From assembly GCA_012295275.1 (NCBI GenBank), contig CM022679.1, positions 30,876,001 through 30,940,000 of the forward strand: a stretch of DNA of 64,000 nt, given 5' to 3'. A program made the position numbers and the translations under genes. This stretch comes from Chrysomallon squamiferum. Lineage: Eukaryota > Animalia > Mollusca. This document shows positions 11,601 to 64,000 of this stretch, piece by piece (the stretch's first letter is position 1; every line of letters begins with the position of its first letter). The notes under the pieces are model-generated. The model was given only the letters and a program-made list of their open reading frames with translations. It was not told the DNA's origin and made no database searches.

Positions 11601-14600
11601 AGATCTCCACAGAAAGCACTGTGAGAAAAGTGGCGTCTGCCTTACCTAAAGATTTGGAGTTTAGGATAGAAAGGCAGGCGGAGAGTGCCAAAACTGACGA
11701 GGGATTCTCTGAGACCTCGGAAACATCGTCTACAAGAGGAGATATGTCACCACAAAACAAAGGAGGTCGTCACACTCTGCCACAAGTCACAGGTATGTTT
11801 AACATAACACAACCATTTCACGTTTTTTGTGTAAAAGTGTATGAATTTTATTTTATTACTCAGAATAAACAGTAAGAATTAAGTTTAATGTACACTGAGC
11901 TTGTATTCCTGATATATAGAACTTGTTGGGAAAAAATGTTAGACATCTTCTAAATTTGTTTAACTGAACTTGTATGATTTTCACTATAAAATCAGTTTCA
12001 GAAAATAGGTCAACCATAAGGGTTTTTGGCTAATGTCTGGTGGACCACAGGCTTTTATTATTATTATTTTTTAAAAAACAATTATGGTTATATTCTCCAT
12101 CTTTTCTTATCTTTCATTTTTCAGCTCCACTAGCAATGAAAACGACCAAGCAGATGGAAGCTGTGCGCATTGCCCAGAGGACAACAGCTGCCTTGCGAGA
12201 CTACTCGGAAACCGGAGATATTCGTTACCTGCTTCTGGTACAGCGCCACCTGGCTTGCATTTCTAACGAAAATGGCGACCTGTAAGTTAACAGCAGAATT
12301 AAACTGAAAGAATGAAAATTATTTTAAGCTACAATATCTTTAAACCAGATTAACTTCAACATAATTTAATTTAACAGAGCAGTTACTGAAAACTGATTGA
12401 GAATGGAAAAAACGGTATCGCAAAAACTGAATAAGTTCACAATGTCCTGAAGCTAGATTAATTTCAACATTTTTTTTTTTAAATTAACACAGTAAAACAG
12501 TAAAAAGTCAACTTTTACAATTAATTACCTTACGATACTAAAATGCAACATGGAATTTTGAGAATAGCGCATAATTTAAAATGTTAAAAGTATATGGACA
12601 ATTTAGTTTTAAAAGCAGTCATATTTAAATTAATGTTTACACCTGGAAGTTGTTGTGAGTGTTTTGAAATGGACTGTTTAGATTCTTGTCAGTTCCACTC
12701 ATTTCCTGCTTTTGATATTAGTATATATATATATGTGGGGTTTTCATGGGAAGGTGCATACAAATAATACTTTCTTGCTGTGTGAGAATCAAGTTTCTAA
12801 ATTCACGTCAAATTACAGAAAAATTCAAAAAAAAAAAAAAATTCACATAATAACTTCTGTTTAAAATGTATTGAGAGGTGATTAGACAATACATTTTTTC
12901 TATTTCTTTTGTTTCTGATGCAGACCTCTTCACTTAGCAGTGATTAACAACCAAGCCTCTGCTCTTCAGTGTCTGCTTGATGTTATACTAACATTGCCTA
13001 ATTCCAGAGAGAAAGTAAACGCTTACAACCATTTAAGACAGGTGAGATCTCACAGAGAATGTCAGTAAATGTTTATTATTATAACTGTCATAATAAGAAT
13101 GAAAATATCAGTAAACCTTTATTATTTTAATTGTGATAATATCAGTGAAAATATCAGTAAGTCTTTATTATTTTAAATGTCATAGTAGTGAAAATATCAG
13201 TAAGTCTTTATTATTTTAAAAGTCATAGTAGTGAAAATAGCAGTAAATGTTTATTATTTTAATTGTATTATTTTTAAGTGTAAACATTTAATAATTTTAT
13301 GTTAGATTATCAGTAAATCTTAAAATACATTATCTTAAAATGTACTGTAATAAACTGTATATTTTCAGTATGCTATTCATTTCTTGTACACCTTTGCTGC
13401 GTTTTTTATATTTTACTCTTTTCAAATTTTTTTGATAATTACTTTATATTTCATTCAACAACAACAACAAAAAAAGAATTATGATAATATAATTATAATT
13501 CTTAATGGAGGCTGATTTTCACAGAATCATAATGCGTAATATCTTAACGAAATTTAAAAATTAATTTTAAAATTTAAGTTTTTTTTTTTTTTACTTTGTT
13601 ACAGATATCACTACATTTAGCTCTTGACTCACTGATAAAAATAAAATATATGTATAGAGGCTGCCATCAGTGAAAACTAAGAGAAAAATTAAGATGTTAT
13701 TTACTTTTAAAGTTTATTTTTGCAGACACTATTATTACATTTAGCTGTTCACTCAACAGTAAAAACGAGGCATTTTAACAGTGTAATAATAATTGTTCAT
13801 GGAGGCTGCCATCTTGCTTTTGTCCGGTGGGAAAAGTAAAAACTGATTTTTATGTTTGTTGCAGACACCGCTACATTTAGCTGTGCTAACTGGCCAGAGC
13901 AACGCCATTGAGATGCTGCTGCACGCTGGTGCTGACCCCTCACTCGCAGACCGCAATGGCAACACCCCTGCTCACTTAGCAGTGATAAACGGATCACATC
14001 AGTGTCTCATGTCACTCGTCAAGTACCTGCGTCCAGGCATCAAAGCAAACAAACCTTTCCCTGAGCTCGATTATCTAAACTATGACGGTCGGTGATGTTG
14101 TTGTTGTCGTAGTTGTTGTGAATTTTTGTAAAAATGTATTTGGACAACCCCCCTCCGGAAAGTTGATTATTTTTTAACAAGGATGGTGACAACGTTTACA
14201 TGCTTTTGTTAATAATAACTCTCACGTTTATTCGTGTGACGGTGAAGTTTTGGTTTTCTTAATTAGCATATTGATGTTTATATAGTGCTGTTGTTGATGT
14301 TATTAATTGTATAATTTCTTCAAGTACCACATCCAGGTGGATGACAGTTTTTATATGTTGTTGTAGTTGCAGTTATGAATAACAGTTACAATATAACATA
14401 TAACACTAACAACAATGGTGACATTACACGTCGTTGTTGTAGCTGTTGTTAATAATAATTATAAAGTTATTTTGTTTTTTAGTTTTGTGTTGTTGTTGTT
14501 GTTTTTTTTGTTGTTTTTTAAAAACAACAAAAAACAAACAAACAAATATTTGCAAGTAAACAAATGTTGACTGTGTTGCAGGTTACACACCAGCTCATCT

Positions 14601-17591
14601 TGCAGCGCAGGAAGGCAGAGTCGACATGCTGCGCACACTTGTTTATGGACAAGCGAACATCAATCTCGCTGACGGCAAAAGTGGTCGTTCACCACTTCAT
14701 CATGCTGTTGAAGTTGACGATCTTGTCACTGCTGGATACCTGCTTATGGAGGTTAATGATCTGAAAATTTTAAAATATTTGTCTATAATTTTCAAAATAA
14801 AAATTTGTATCTAATGTCAGAATGCCCTTGTTGTTAAAAATATTATATGTGATACATATACTGTTTACTGTAAACTAAACTCGCAACAATAACATTAAAT
14901 AAATAAATAAATAAAAAATAAATAAATAAATAAATAAATAAATAAATAGGTAGGTAGGTAAAAAATAAATTATAAAGAATTCTACATTTACAAAGGACAA
15001 AAGTATCAAACTCAATTTTACTTTCAGACGGACACTAACGTGAACAGTCGATGCTTTGATGGGAACACAGCTCTTCACATTGCCTGTGGGCGCAATCTCG
15101 TTGGCATGGTGGCGTTGTTGATGACAGCAGGAGCCGATCCAGAGATTGAGAATGAGGAGATCCCTTCTGATGAAAGCGATGATGATGCAGATGAAGAGGA
15201 ACACAGTGGTGGTAGTTGGAACAGAAGAGGGCTAACACCTGCAGACTATGTTCAAAATAATGATAGGGTAAGATGTAAAACAGTGATGGGGTAAGATGTA
15301 AAACAGTGATGGAATAAAATGTAAAACACTGATAGGGTAAGATGTAAAACAGTGATGGAGTAAGATGTAAAACTGATATGGTAAGATGTAAAACAGTGAT
15401 ATGGTAAGATGTAAAACACTGATAGGGTAAGATGTAAAACAGCAATGGAGTTAGATGTAAAACCGATGGAGTAAGATGTAAAACTGATGGAGTAAGATGT
15501 AAAACAGCGATGGAGTAAGATGTAAAACAGTGATGGAATAAAATGTAAAACAGTGATAGGGTAAGATGTAAAACTGATGGAGTAAGATGTAAAACAGTGA
15601 TGGAGTAAGATGTAAAACCGATGGAATAAGATGTAAAACAGCGATGGAGTAAGATGTAAAACAGCGATAGGGTAAGTTGTAAAACAGCGATGGGGTAAGA
15701 TGTAAAACAGTGATGGGGTAAGATGTAAAACTGATAGGGTAAGATGTAAAACAGCGATGGGGTAAGATGTAAAACAGCGATGGGGTAAGATGTAAAACAG
15801 CGATGGGGTAAGATCTAAGACAGTGATGGGGCAAGATGTAAAACAGCGATGGAGGAAGTTGTAAAACAGCGATGGGGTAAGATGTAAAACAGCGATGGAG
15901 TAAGATGTAAAACAGCGATGGAGTAAGTTGTAAAAACAGTGTTGGGTAAGATGTAAAACAGTGATCAGCAATGCTTTTCATTTTGAAACATTGTAAGCTG
16001 AAACAAACATTAAAGTCACAATGCTTCTTTTCTACAGCTATTTGTTTATTTGTGAATTGTAACAGGTACATTATAACCTACTTGAAAACCCCAGCACCCA
16101 CCAAAGTGCCCCTCCCCCCAGCCAGTTAAAGGTTCTGGTTGCCAACCATTGGTATGCAATTTATTTTATTTTATTAATATACTGTTTTTAGATCTTGATA
16201 AAAATTTAATTTCGCCAAATGTGTTATTATATTACTTTATTGACTGAGATTAAATTTTAATAATATTCTAAAGTTTTAATTTCAAAACTTAAAACTTAAT
16301 AATTTCCAGACAATGCAAATTATTGTTTTTTTAATAAAAAAGTTTCATTTTAAAAAATATTTTCCGATAATGCAAGTGTCTTAAATTTAAGATGTTTTTA
16401 CATAATGCAAGAACCTTAAATTGTTAATTAAAATTTTAATTTGAAACTATTTTCAGATAATGAGAGTGCTCGAGGGAGATGTGTATGAATCAAATACTTC
16501 GGCAAATTTTGCAGCTGCTAATAATGACCTGGATGAAGATTCTGTCCCATCCAAATGGACACACTTGACCACTCATTCTCATCAAGAGAGTGGACTGGGC
16601 AGTTTGAACATCAAACCCTTACAGCAGGGTAAATCCAACTAACGTTTTTCTTCTTCTTATTATTTTTTTTTTTACTTATTTTTGCATTTATGTGTGTTTT
16701 GTGTGTATGTGTGTGTGTTTTTATTTATATGTATATATTGTGTATGTCTTTGTATGTATTTATGTATTCATGTGTATATGTGTATATATATATATATTAA
16801 TTATTTTATTTCCTTTGGGAACTTACAAAAATAACTGGATTTCTTTTACGCATGTATGTCGACAGATACACACATTCTGTCTGTTTGTTCACGTTAAACA
16901 GTAATCTCAGAATATATCATGTAATTTTTAATCTGATTACTGTCATTTCAGCAGGGGACTTAGAAAAACTGGATTTCCCAACCCGAATTGAACTCTCCCA
17001 ACTGCTGGATCCCGAGAATGATGGGAAGGATGTGTTCACCCTGGCTGACAAGCTTGGATTCAGCAGTTTTCAGACCACTCTGGAGGGAATGGAGAACTTG
17101 TCACCAACACGATTTCTGTTTGACTTTTACGAGGCGAGTGATGGGACAGTTAGACATCTGAAGAAATGTCTGATGGAGATGAAGAGGCAAGATGCTGTAG
17201 ATATCATAGACAAAGCCGTTAAAGGTATTTTTTTTTTATATCTTATAATATATTATAATTACTACTACATTATCTTCATAATTATATATACATATATATA
17301 TGTATATATAATTATATATACTATATATACGTATATGTGTTTGTGTGTGTGTATATAATATAAAGCTTTTTTTAATTATTTAAATAAATCGTGTACACAG
17401 CAAGATCAATTATGTATATATGGATTTATTATGTGGGTTTTATAAATGGTGTTTTTTCATTTTGTGTCAGTTAGGTATTACTTTTGTTATTATTACTTGT
17501 ATTTTTTTTTTTATCTGTATAAATTATTTTTCCTTTTTATTATTATTATTCTTTGATATTATTCTTTATGTTATTATTGTTGTTACTGTTA

Positions 17592-17637
<46 letters not shown>

Positions 17638-17777
17638 TAAAATCTAAGGTATTTTACATGTTTTCTGTTTTTTCCTGCTTTTTTCTGTTTTTAGGTGGAA
17701 AACATTCACTGGAATGCGGTCAGGTGGATTCGGGAGTTGGAAGTTTGACTGGCAAATCGCTTCCCACTTTAAACTAA
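4868..17777 (+). CDS. NFKB1: NF-kB p105/Relish-class transcription factor, 19 coding exons, about 1067 aa
   Basis: Exons 4868-4985, 5775-5914, 6271-6419, 6981-7114, 7584-7742, 8091-8195, 8827-8921, 9595-9733, 10229-10405, 10788-10832, 11286-11792, 12125-12281, 12924-13041, 13865-14087, 14582-14751, 15028-15267, 16457-16628, 16952-17224, 17695-17777. All introns are GT-AG with matching phases; total 3204 nt. RHD signature [23 protein letters not shown], ankyrin repeats, death domain, DSGVGS. Confidence 0.93.
5775..5914 (+). CDS. NFKB1: NF-kB exon 2, RHD DNA-recognition loop
   Basis: [27 protein letters not shown]; weak donor GTCTTT. Confidence 0.95.
6271..6419 (+). CDS. NFKB1: NF-kB exon 3, RHD
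   Basis: [16 protein letters not shown]...[15 protein letters not shown]; donor GTCAGT. Confidence 0.92.
6981..7114 (+). CDS. NFKB1: NF-kB exon 4, RHD
   Basis: [22 protein letters not shown], resembling p50 NLGILHVTKK. Confidence 0.9.
7584..7742 (+). CDS. NFKB1: NF-kB exon 5, RHD
   Basis: [17 protein letters not shown]...SNPIYDS. Confidence 0.92.
8091..8195 (+). CDS. NFKB1: NF-kB exon 6, IPT/dimerisation domain
   Basis: [35 protein letters not shown]. Confidence 0.95.
8827..8921 (+). CDS. NFKB1: NF-kB exon 7, IPT domain
   Basis: [32 protein letters not shown]. Confidence 0.93.
9020..9380. repeat. Intronic minisatellite, about 27-bp unit
   Basis: Degenerate TCACTAATTTATAATTTAACTCATATT copies. 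Confidence 0.8.
9380..9611 (+). repeat. 78/79-bp tandem triplication containing the exon 8 acceptor
   Basis: TTTTGTTGTTATTTCAG|TATGCCATTGTTTTTC occurs three times (exon-like starts at 9438, 9517, 9595). Confidence 0.9.
9595..9733 (+). CDS. NFKB1: NF-kB exon 8, IPT domain
   Basis: [12 protein letters not shown]...[19 protein letters not shown]. Confidence 0.93.
10229..10405 (+). CDS. NFKB1: NF-kB exon 9, NLS and glycine-rich region
   Basis: [11 protein letters not shown]...[18 protein letters not shown]. Confidence 0.92.
10480..10760. repeat. AT-rich degenerate tandem repeat, about 60-bp unit
   Basis: Repeated AATAGTTTAAATAAA..GTATTGTAAATGTTAATTT..AAATATCTTA. Confidence 0.7.
10788..10832 (+). 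CDS. NFKB1: NF-kB exon 10 (45-nt, phase 1-1)
   Basis: ttttctgttttcag acceptor; [15 protein letters not shown]; donor GTGTGT. Symmetric, so it could be skipped. Confidence 0.65.
11286..11792 (+). CDS. NFKB1: NF-kB exon 11, long acidic/Ser-rich linker
   Basis: 507-nt open exon, phase 1-1, containing DLEVDS and DEGFSETS. Confidence 0.85.
12125..12281 (+). CDS. NFKB1: NF-kB exon 12, pre-ankyrin helical region
   Basis: [37 protein letters not shown], resembling p105 [21 protein letters not shown]. Confidence 0.93.
12924..13041 (+). CDS. NFKB1: NF-kB exon 13, ankyrin repeat
   Basis: [10 protein letters not shown]...VNAYNHLRQ. Confidence 0.93.
13060..13325. repeat. Intronic minisatellite, about 43-46-bp unit
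   Basis: Repeated GAAAATATCAGTAAGTCTTTATTATTTTAA starting just after the exon 13 donor. Confidence 0.8.
13865..14087 (+). CDS. NFKB1: NF-kB exon 14, ankyrin repeats
   Basis: [11 protein letters not shown]...[12 protein letters not shown]...LNYDG. Confidence 0.95.
14582..14751 (+). CDS. NFKB1: NF-kB exon 15, ankyrin repeats
   Basis: [12 protein letters not shown]...[14 protein letters not shown]. Confidence 0.95.
15028..15267 (+). CDS. NFKB1: NF-kB exon 16, ankyrin repeats with acidic insert
   Basis: [13 protein letters not shown]...GADPEIEN...GLTPADY. Confidence 0.93.
15261..15965 (+). repeat. 23-bp minisatellite built from the exon 16 donor, about 30 copies
   Basis: Unit TGATRGR|GTAAGATGTAAAACAG, with some 21-nt variants; the first copy overlaps the true exon end. 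Confidence 0.95.
16457..16628 (+). CDS. NFKB1: NF-kB exon 17, linker before the death domain
   Basis: [11 protein letters not shown]...[16 protein letters not shown]; phase 0-1 fits neighbours. Confidence 0.85.
16952..17224 (+). CDS. NFKB1: NF-kB exon 18, death domain
   Basis: LSQLLDP...LADKLG...[11 protein letters not shown]...[13 protein letters not shown]; NAGNAG acceptor (16952 or 16955). Confidence 0.9.
17695..17777 (+). CDS. NFKB1: NF-kB last exon with DSGVGS degron and stop
   Basis: [27 protein letters not shown], resembling p105 DSGVETS. Confidence 0.88.
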
Positions 17778-19240
17778 CTTGTCTTTATTTACAGCAGTGA
17801 GTGTGTGCTCCTACAAAGAAATGCTGTACCGAAACTAATAACCAAGAACTGTTCAGATGTAAAAATCTGCTTTCTTTTGTAATGAAATAGGTTTTTTTAA
17901 CAAAAAAAATGACTTTTATCATTAAAGATTATTTAAAACATTACCCATGTGGATACTATTTTTCTTCTTTTTTTTTTTTCTTTTTTTTAATGTAACAAAA
18001 TTTATCTCATTTTGTAAATGATGTAAATGTAAACAACAGAAAGTAATCTCCCTTATGGCCGTCTCAAACTGACATAACAACATCTAACCATTAGTTTAAT
18101 CTGTTTAAGAATAAAGCATTTTTAGAAAATATGCAAGTATAATCTGAGTTTTTAATTGCACTGAAACTTGGATCTTCAAATATTTTTTATCAATATCTGG
18201 GAGACATTTTCAATGACCTGAAGAGAGGAAAATGAAGGCGACATGCTCACATAAAATCATCAGTAAACTGCTCATTTATTTTCTGAGAGAGTAGACATAT
18301 TTTAAATATATTTATCATCCATTCTGTTTTTTAAAAAAATTTTACATTATTATTTGGGTCTCTTGTGAGAACCACAAAACTCGTACATTTTTGACCAAAA
18401 TGACTTCAGTCAAGTTCAGACTTAGTGCTTAAAACATTTTGTTATGTTTTTTTTTAATAAACTGATAGCTGGCCTGTTTAACTGATGTCACAGACTTTTG
18501 TTTTTAGATGTCTCTATTCGATATTGTTAATAGATCTCAATATTTTGCTTTAGTGAAAGTTTCTTTGTCCTAGTGATAAAAAAAACCATATCTATCCACA
18601 CACATACACACACACACAGATTAAAATCTAAATATTTTCAAAGACAATTTGGTCTCTTCTGAATAAGTCCATAAATGTAAAAGTATATGGGATAAATTAA
18701 TTTTTTGAAATAGCAATAGTTAAAATAATAAAGCAAAATAAAAATAATAAAAATGAAATAACAGATATCTTTGCTACATATATTTGTATTGTTATAACAA
18801 TGAATTTATAATCTATTATTATTGATGTATTATTTTTGATTATACATCTATTTATTGTTTATGTTGTAAAGGCTAACATGATAGTTTTATTACTTTTTGG
18901 CACAAAAGTGAATGAATGAATGAATGAATGCATATTACGTACCAACATTATAAAAAGATTAGTGACAAAAAACATGTACAGACTGGACTGAAACTGATCA
19001 TCATATTATTTTTTACGTTATCATTTTGTTCGTATCTTAGCTTGAATCATTTCATTTTTCATTCTTTATTTTTGTCTCTGATTTTATAATCATATTAATG
19101 GTATTTTATTGTAACTAATAAGATATAACTATCACATATACAGCCAGATGTCTTTAGACAAAATTGCTTTTTGTTTATATGTATTGTTATGTGTATTGCC
19201 TTTTTAAATAAATAGCTCTGTCTTAATTGTGTTCTTTGTT
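17778..19240 (+). other. Probable AU-rich 3'UTR of NF-kB with candidate polyA signals
   Basis: AATAAA at about 18110, 18456 and 19207; the last is followed by a GT/T-rich tract. True end unknown. Confidence 0.4.
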
Positions 19241-20759
19241 ACAATTTGTTTATTATTGTTCTTACACTTCCTATTATTATTATTAATTTGTTTTTTTCAT
19301 CTTCAATGCCTTTGTAGCACAATGAAAAAATAAGTTAATTAAAAAAAGAACTTGTTGGCAGTTTGTCTAGTAAATAATAACCGACTATGAGAATATACAG
19401 AAATTTATATTTTTAATTTTATTAGACATTATTTTATGTTTCTCTCTTGCTTTTTCTGGGTACAAACAGATAAACAGTTTTCAGGATGTCAATATTTATG
19501 AGCCTATCACCTGAAAGACTAAAAGCAGTAAACTATAGTAAACTGAGAGTTTATTTATTTTTATTTATTTATTTTTTGCTTTTAAACTTTCTCTATGTTA
19601 ATAAACATAGGAGGAAAAAAAAGAAGAAGAAAATGTCTGTTATCTTACACTGATAGGACGATTCTGCTGTCTCATTATTATTAATAGTAAGAACAATTAT
19701 GAAGCATCCAGAATATTAAGCCATATGTTCAGATCACCATTGTTGCACTAGTTATAAGTTATATAAAATATATTAAGCCTTTTACTAGTAGTAGTAGTAG
19801 TAATAATAATAATAATGAATATAAGCAAAACTAATTTTCTAAATATGAGGCAGAACTGAAATATGGGAAAAAAAAAAAAAAAAAAAAAAAAAAATTAAAA
19901 TATTAATAATGATTCCCAACAATCAACCAAATATAAATCCGTTTTCATATTTTTTGGTATGATACATCATATTTCATTAACATCCCACAATAATATATAT
20001 ATATATATATATATATGTAATTGGTTGTATAAAATTAGTTGTATAAAACCAGGGCAAATTTATTCTGTTTAAGTATACTTGCGCATGTTGAAAGAAAAGT
20101 TCAATTTAGACACACATAGTCCTTATTTATTTTTAAATTAATCTTTCACCCAGTTAAACACGGAGGCTGAATGAAATTTTAAATTGTACTTACTCGAACT
20201 TTAAATATAACTGACTGGACATTTTTCATTATTTCAGTTACACATTTACTCGTTCGCTATTTATTTTCGATATCGATCACATTTTGTAATTTACTATTTC
20301 TTGGTAATGTTTGTGGTTACTCCATCAATTTACTATTATGCTTAACTGCAACATGACATTGTCGAAAGCAATATATCTTAAACACAAATAATAAATAGCG
20401 GAAAATCGACACAACATTTTCATGTATTGCGAATTACAGAAATACTTAGAAAGTATTGGAGTGGCATAGTGGAGATAACGTAGCTTCAAATATGACAACC
20501 TTGGCGCAAAAACATTAAAGAAAATGTTACCTACATAACAATTTAATTTAAAAAAATTTTGCCGAATGCTGAGATATAATATGACATCTTTATAATAATT
20601 TAATCCATTTAGAAGACGTGTGTCTTTTTACTCTAGATTAATTTTAATCCGTAACTAATGTTTTAACATATTAAAAAATACAATTTTAAAAATTCACGTT
20701 TTGCGGTTATTTTGTTTTAAATTCTTCTATTTATTTATTTATTTTTATTTTCAAGTGGA

Positions 20760-20812
<53 letters not shown>

Positions 20813-21094
20813 GCATCATCGACATGATCATCATAGTGGGATTAAATGTTCAAACAAACAATAATTTATAGTTTAAGTCGCTTGCAAGAGTTTGAACTTT
20901 ATGGTATACCGGTAGATAAAAATATTTAATTTTTTATTAAAGTGACTATTAGAAAAGGTAAGTTTCCAGCAATTAATTATATTTAATTGTTTGTTTAATA
21001 TTTTGAAAGTTAATAAAAGCAAAGAAAGAAGAAACCACAAAAATAAAATGTTTAACTGCCGTACAATTGCAATTATTTTAGATATGAATGGAAC

Positions 21095-21125
<31 letters not shown>

Positions 21126-21197
21126 GTAGAAAACTGTATTGTAATAAAATAACCTGCTTTATAGTTATTCAAAATAAATTTTTCTTCATCTCGAATT

Positions 21198-21231
<34 letters not shown>

Positions 21232-21289
21232 TTGTTTTAACGTAACCGTCTTTTTCATGCATCAAAAAATGGTGCTATTAAGAGTAAAG

Positions 21290-21415
21290 GTTCAATTTAC
21301 TATAGCAAATACGTAGCAGACAATAACTTCCGGGAGCGTTGCCAAACGTCAAACATCTTAAGAATGCATTCAAAACCTCGTTTCTTTTTCGTTGCACATC
21401 GTTTTCCTTTTAGTC
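21290..21415 (+). promoter_or_regulatory. CpG-retaining promoter of the caspase gene (promoter A)
   Basis: ETS ACTTCCGGG at about 21326, X-box-like TTTACTATAGCAAA and GTTGCC, directly upstream of an ATG-containing exon. Confidence 0.5.
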
Positions 21416-63324
<41,909 letters not shown>

Positions 63325-64000
63325 GTGAGTAAAGGTGGTGCGCAGTGTGGCAGTCACGTTATGTGTGTAAATGTTTATGTTGTGTGGAAAAAAGGGGATT
63401 TTGATGATGACGTAAAAACGAATATTGTGTGGACATTCTGGTTTCACAAAGTGTTTTTTTTTTGTAAATAATGTAAAATTTTATATTGTGTGGAAAATAC
63501 ATTAGTTTGGAAAACAAAAATTTATGTGTAATGATGGTAAATATATGTAAAATATAATTACTTTTGTTGTTTATATTTATGTGAGCATCTGCAAAAACAT
63601 ACAAACATCTATATCATTATCTGTGAGACATTTCAAATATTATTTAAGGCTGGAACTGTTAGATTACATTTTATACTATGACAGAACTGTGATAAATTAT
63701 GTAATGTAGTTCTAAGCATTCAATCATTTATACATTATAAATATAAAACTTTTACCAGAGTCCTCACAGTATCACAAGATGATGTTACTGTGTGGATTGA
63801 GAATCGATTATTGGTATCATCTTCATCTGTGTATCTCTTTCTGTGTATGCAAAACATGAAATTAATGTACATCAGTCAGTGACATTTTTTCATTTTTATT
63901 TTTCAAAAGAAACGTCTATTAATGTTTTGGTGAAAATGAGTTGAAACTAGGGCAGACATTTTAATTATGGAAGTCTGTGAATTTCAATCTGACTGGAATA

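Noticed and set aside
11428-11760. Antisense ORF
   Set aside because: Shadow of NF-kB exon 11.
15035-16071. Long minus-strand ORFs (136-239 aa) and a CRISPR-like look
   Set aside because: Produced by the 23-bp minisatellite; no unique spacers; eukaryotic intron.

Overview
AT-rich, microsatellite-dense animal genomic DNA, probably a lophotrochozoan such as a mollusc (inferred from protein motifs, not proven). It holds two plus-strand genes in tandem. (1) A complete NF-kB p105/Relish-class gene (CDS 4868-17777; 19 coding exons joined by hand in consistent phase; about 1067 aa) with Rel homology domain, RKKRK NLS, glycine-rich region, ankyrin repeats, death domain and a C-terminal DSGVGS degron. 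(2) The 5' part of an effector (caspase-3/7-like) caspase gene, whose first catalytic-domain exon (63077-63324) lies about 35 kb after a 37-nt prodomain exon; the gene runs off the window. Most notable: several phase-compatible alternative first exons for the caspase; repeated tandem amplification of exon-intron boundaries, giving decoy splice sites; an NF-kB linker with both a p105-type GRR and a Relish-type caspase site; and a kB-site promoter in the NF-kB gene. Nearly all long ORFs in the track are microsatellite artefacts. All gene models were read by eye and have no transcript support.
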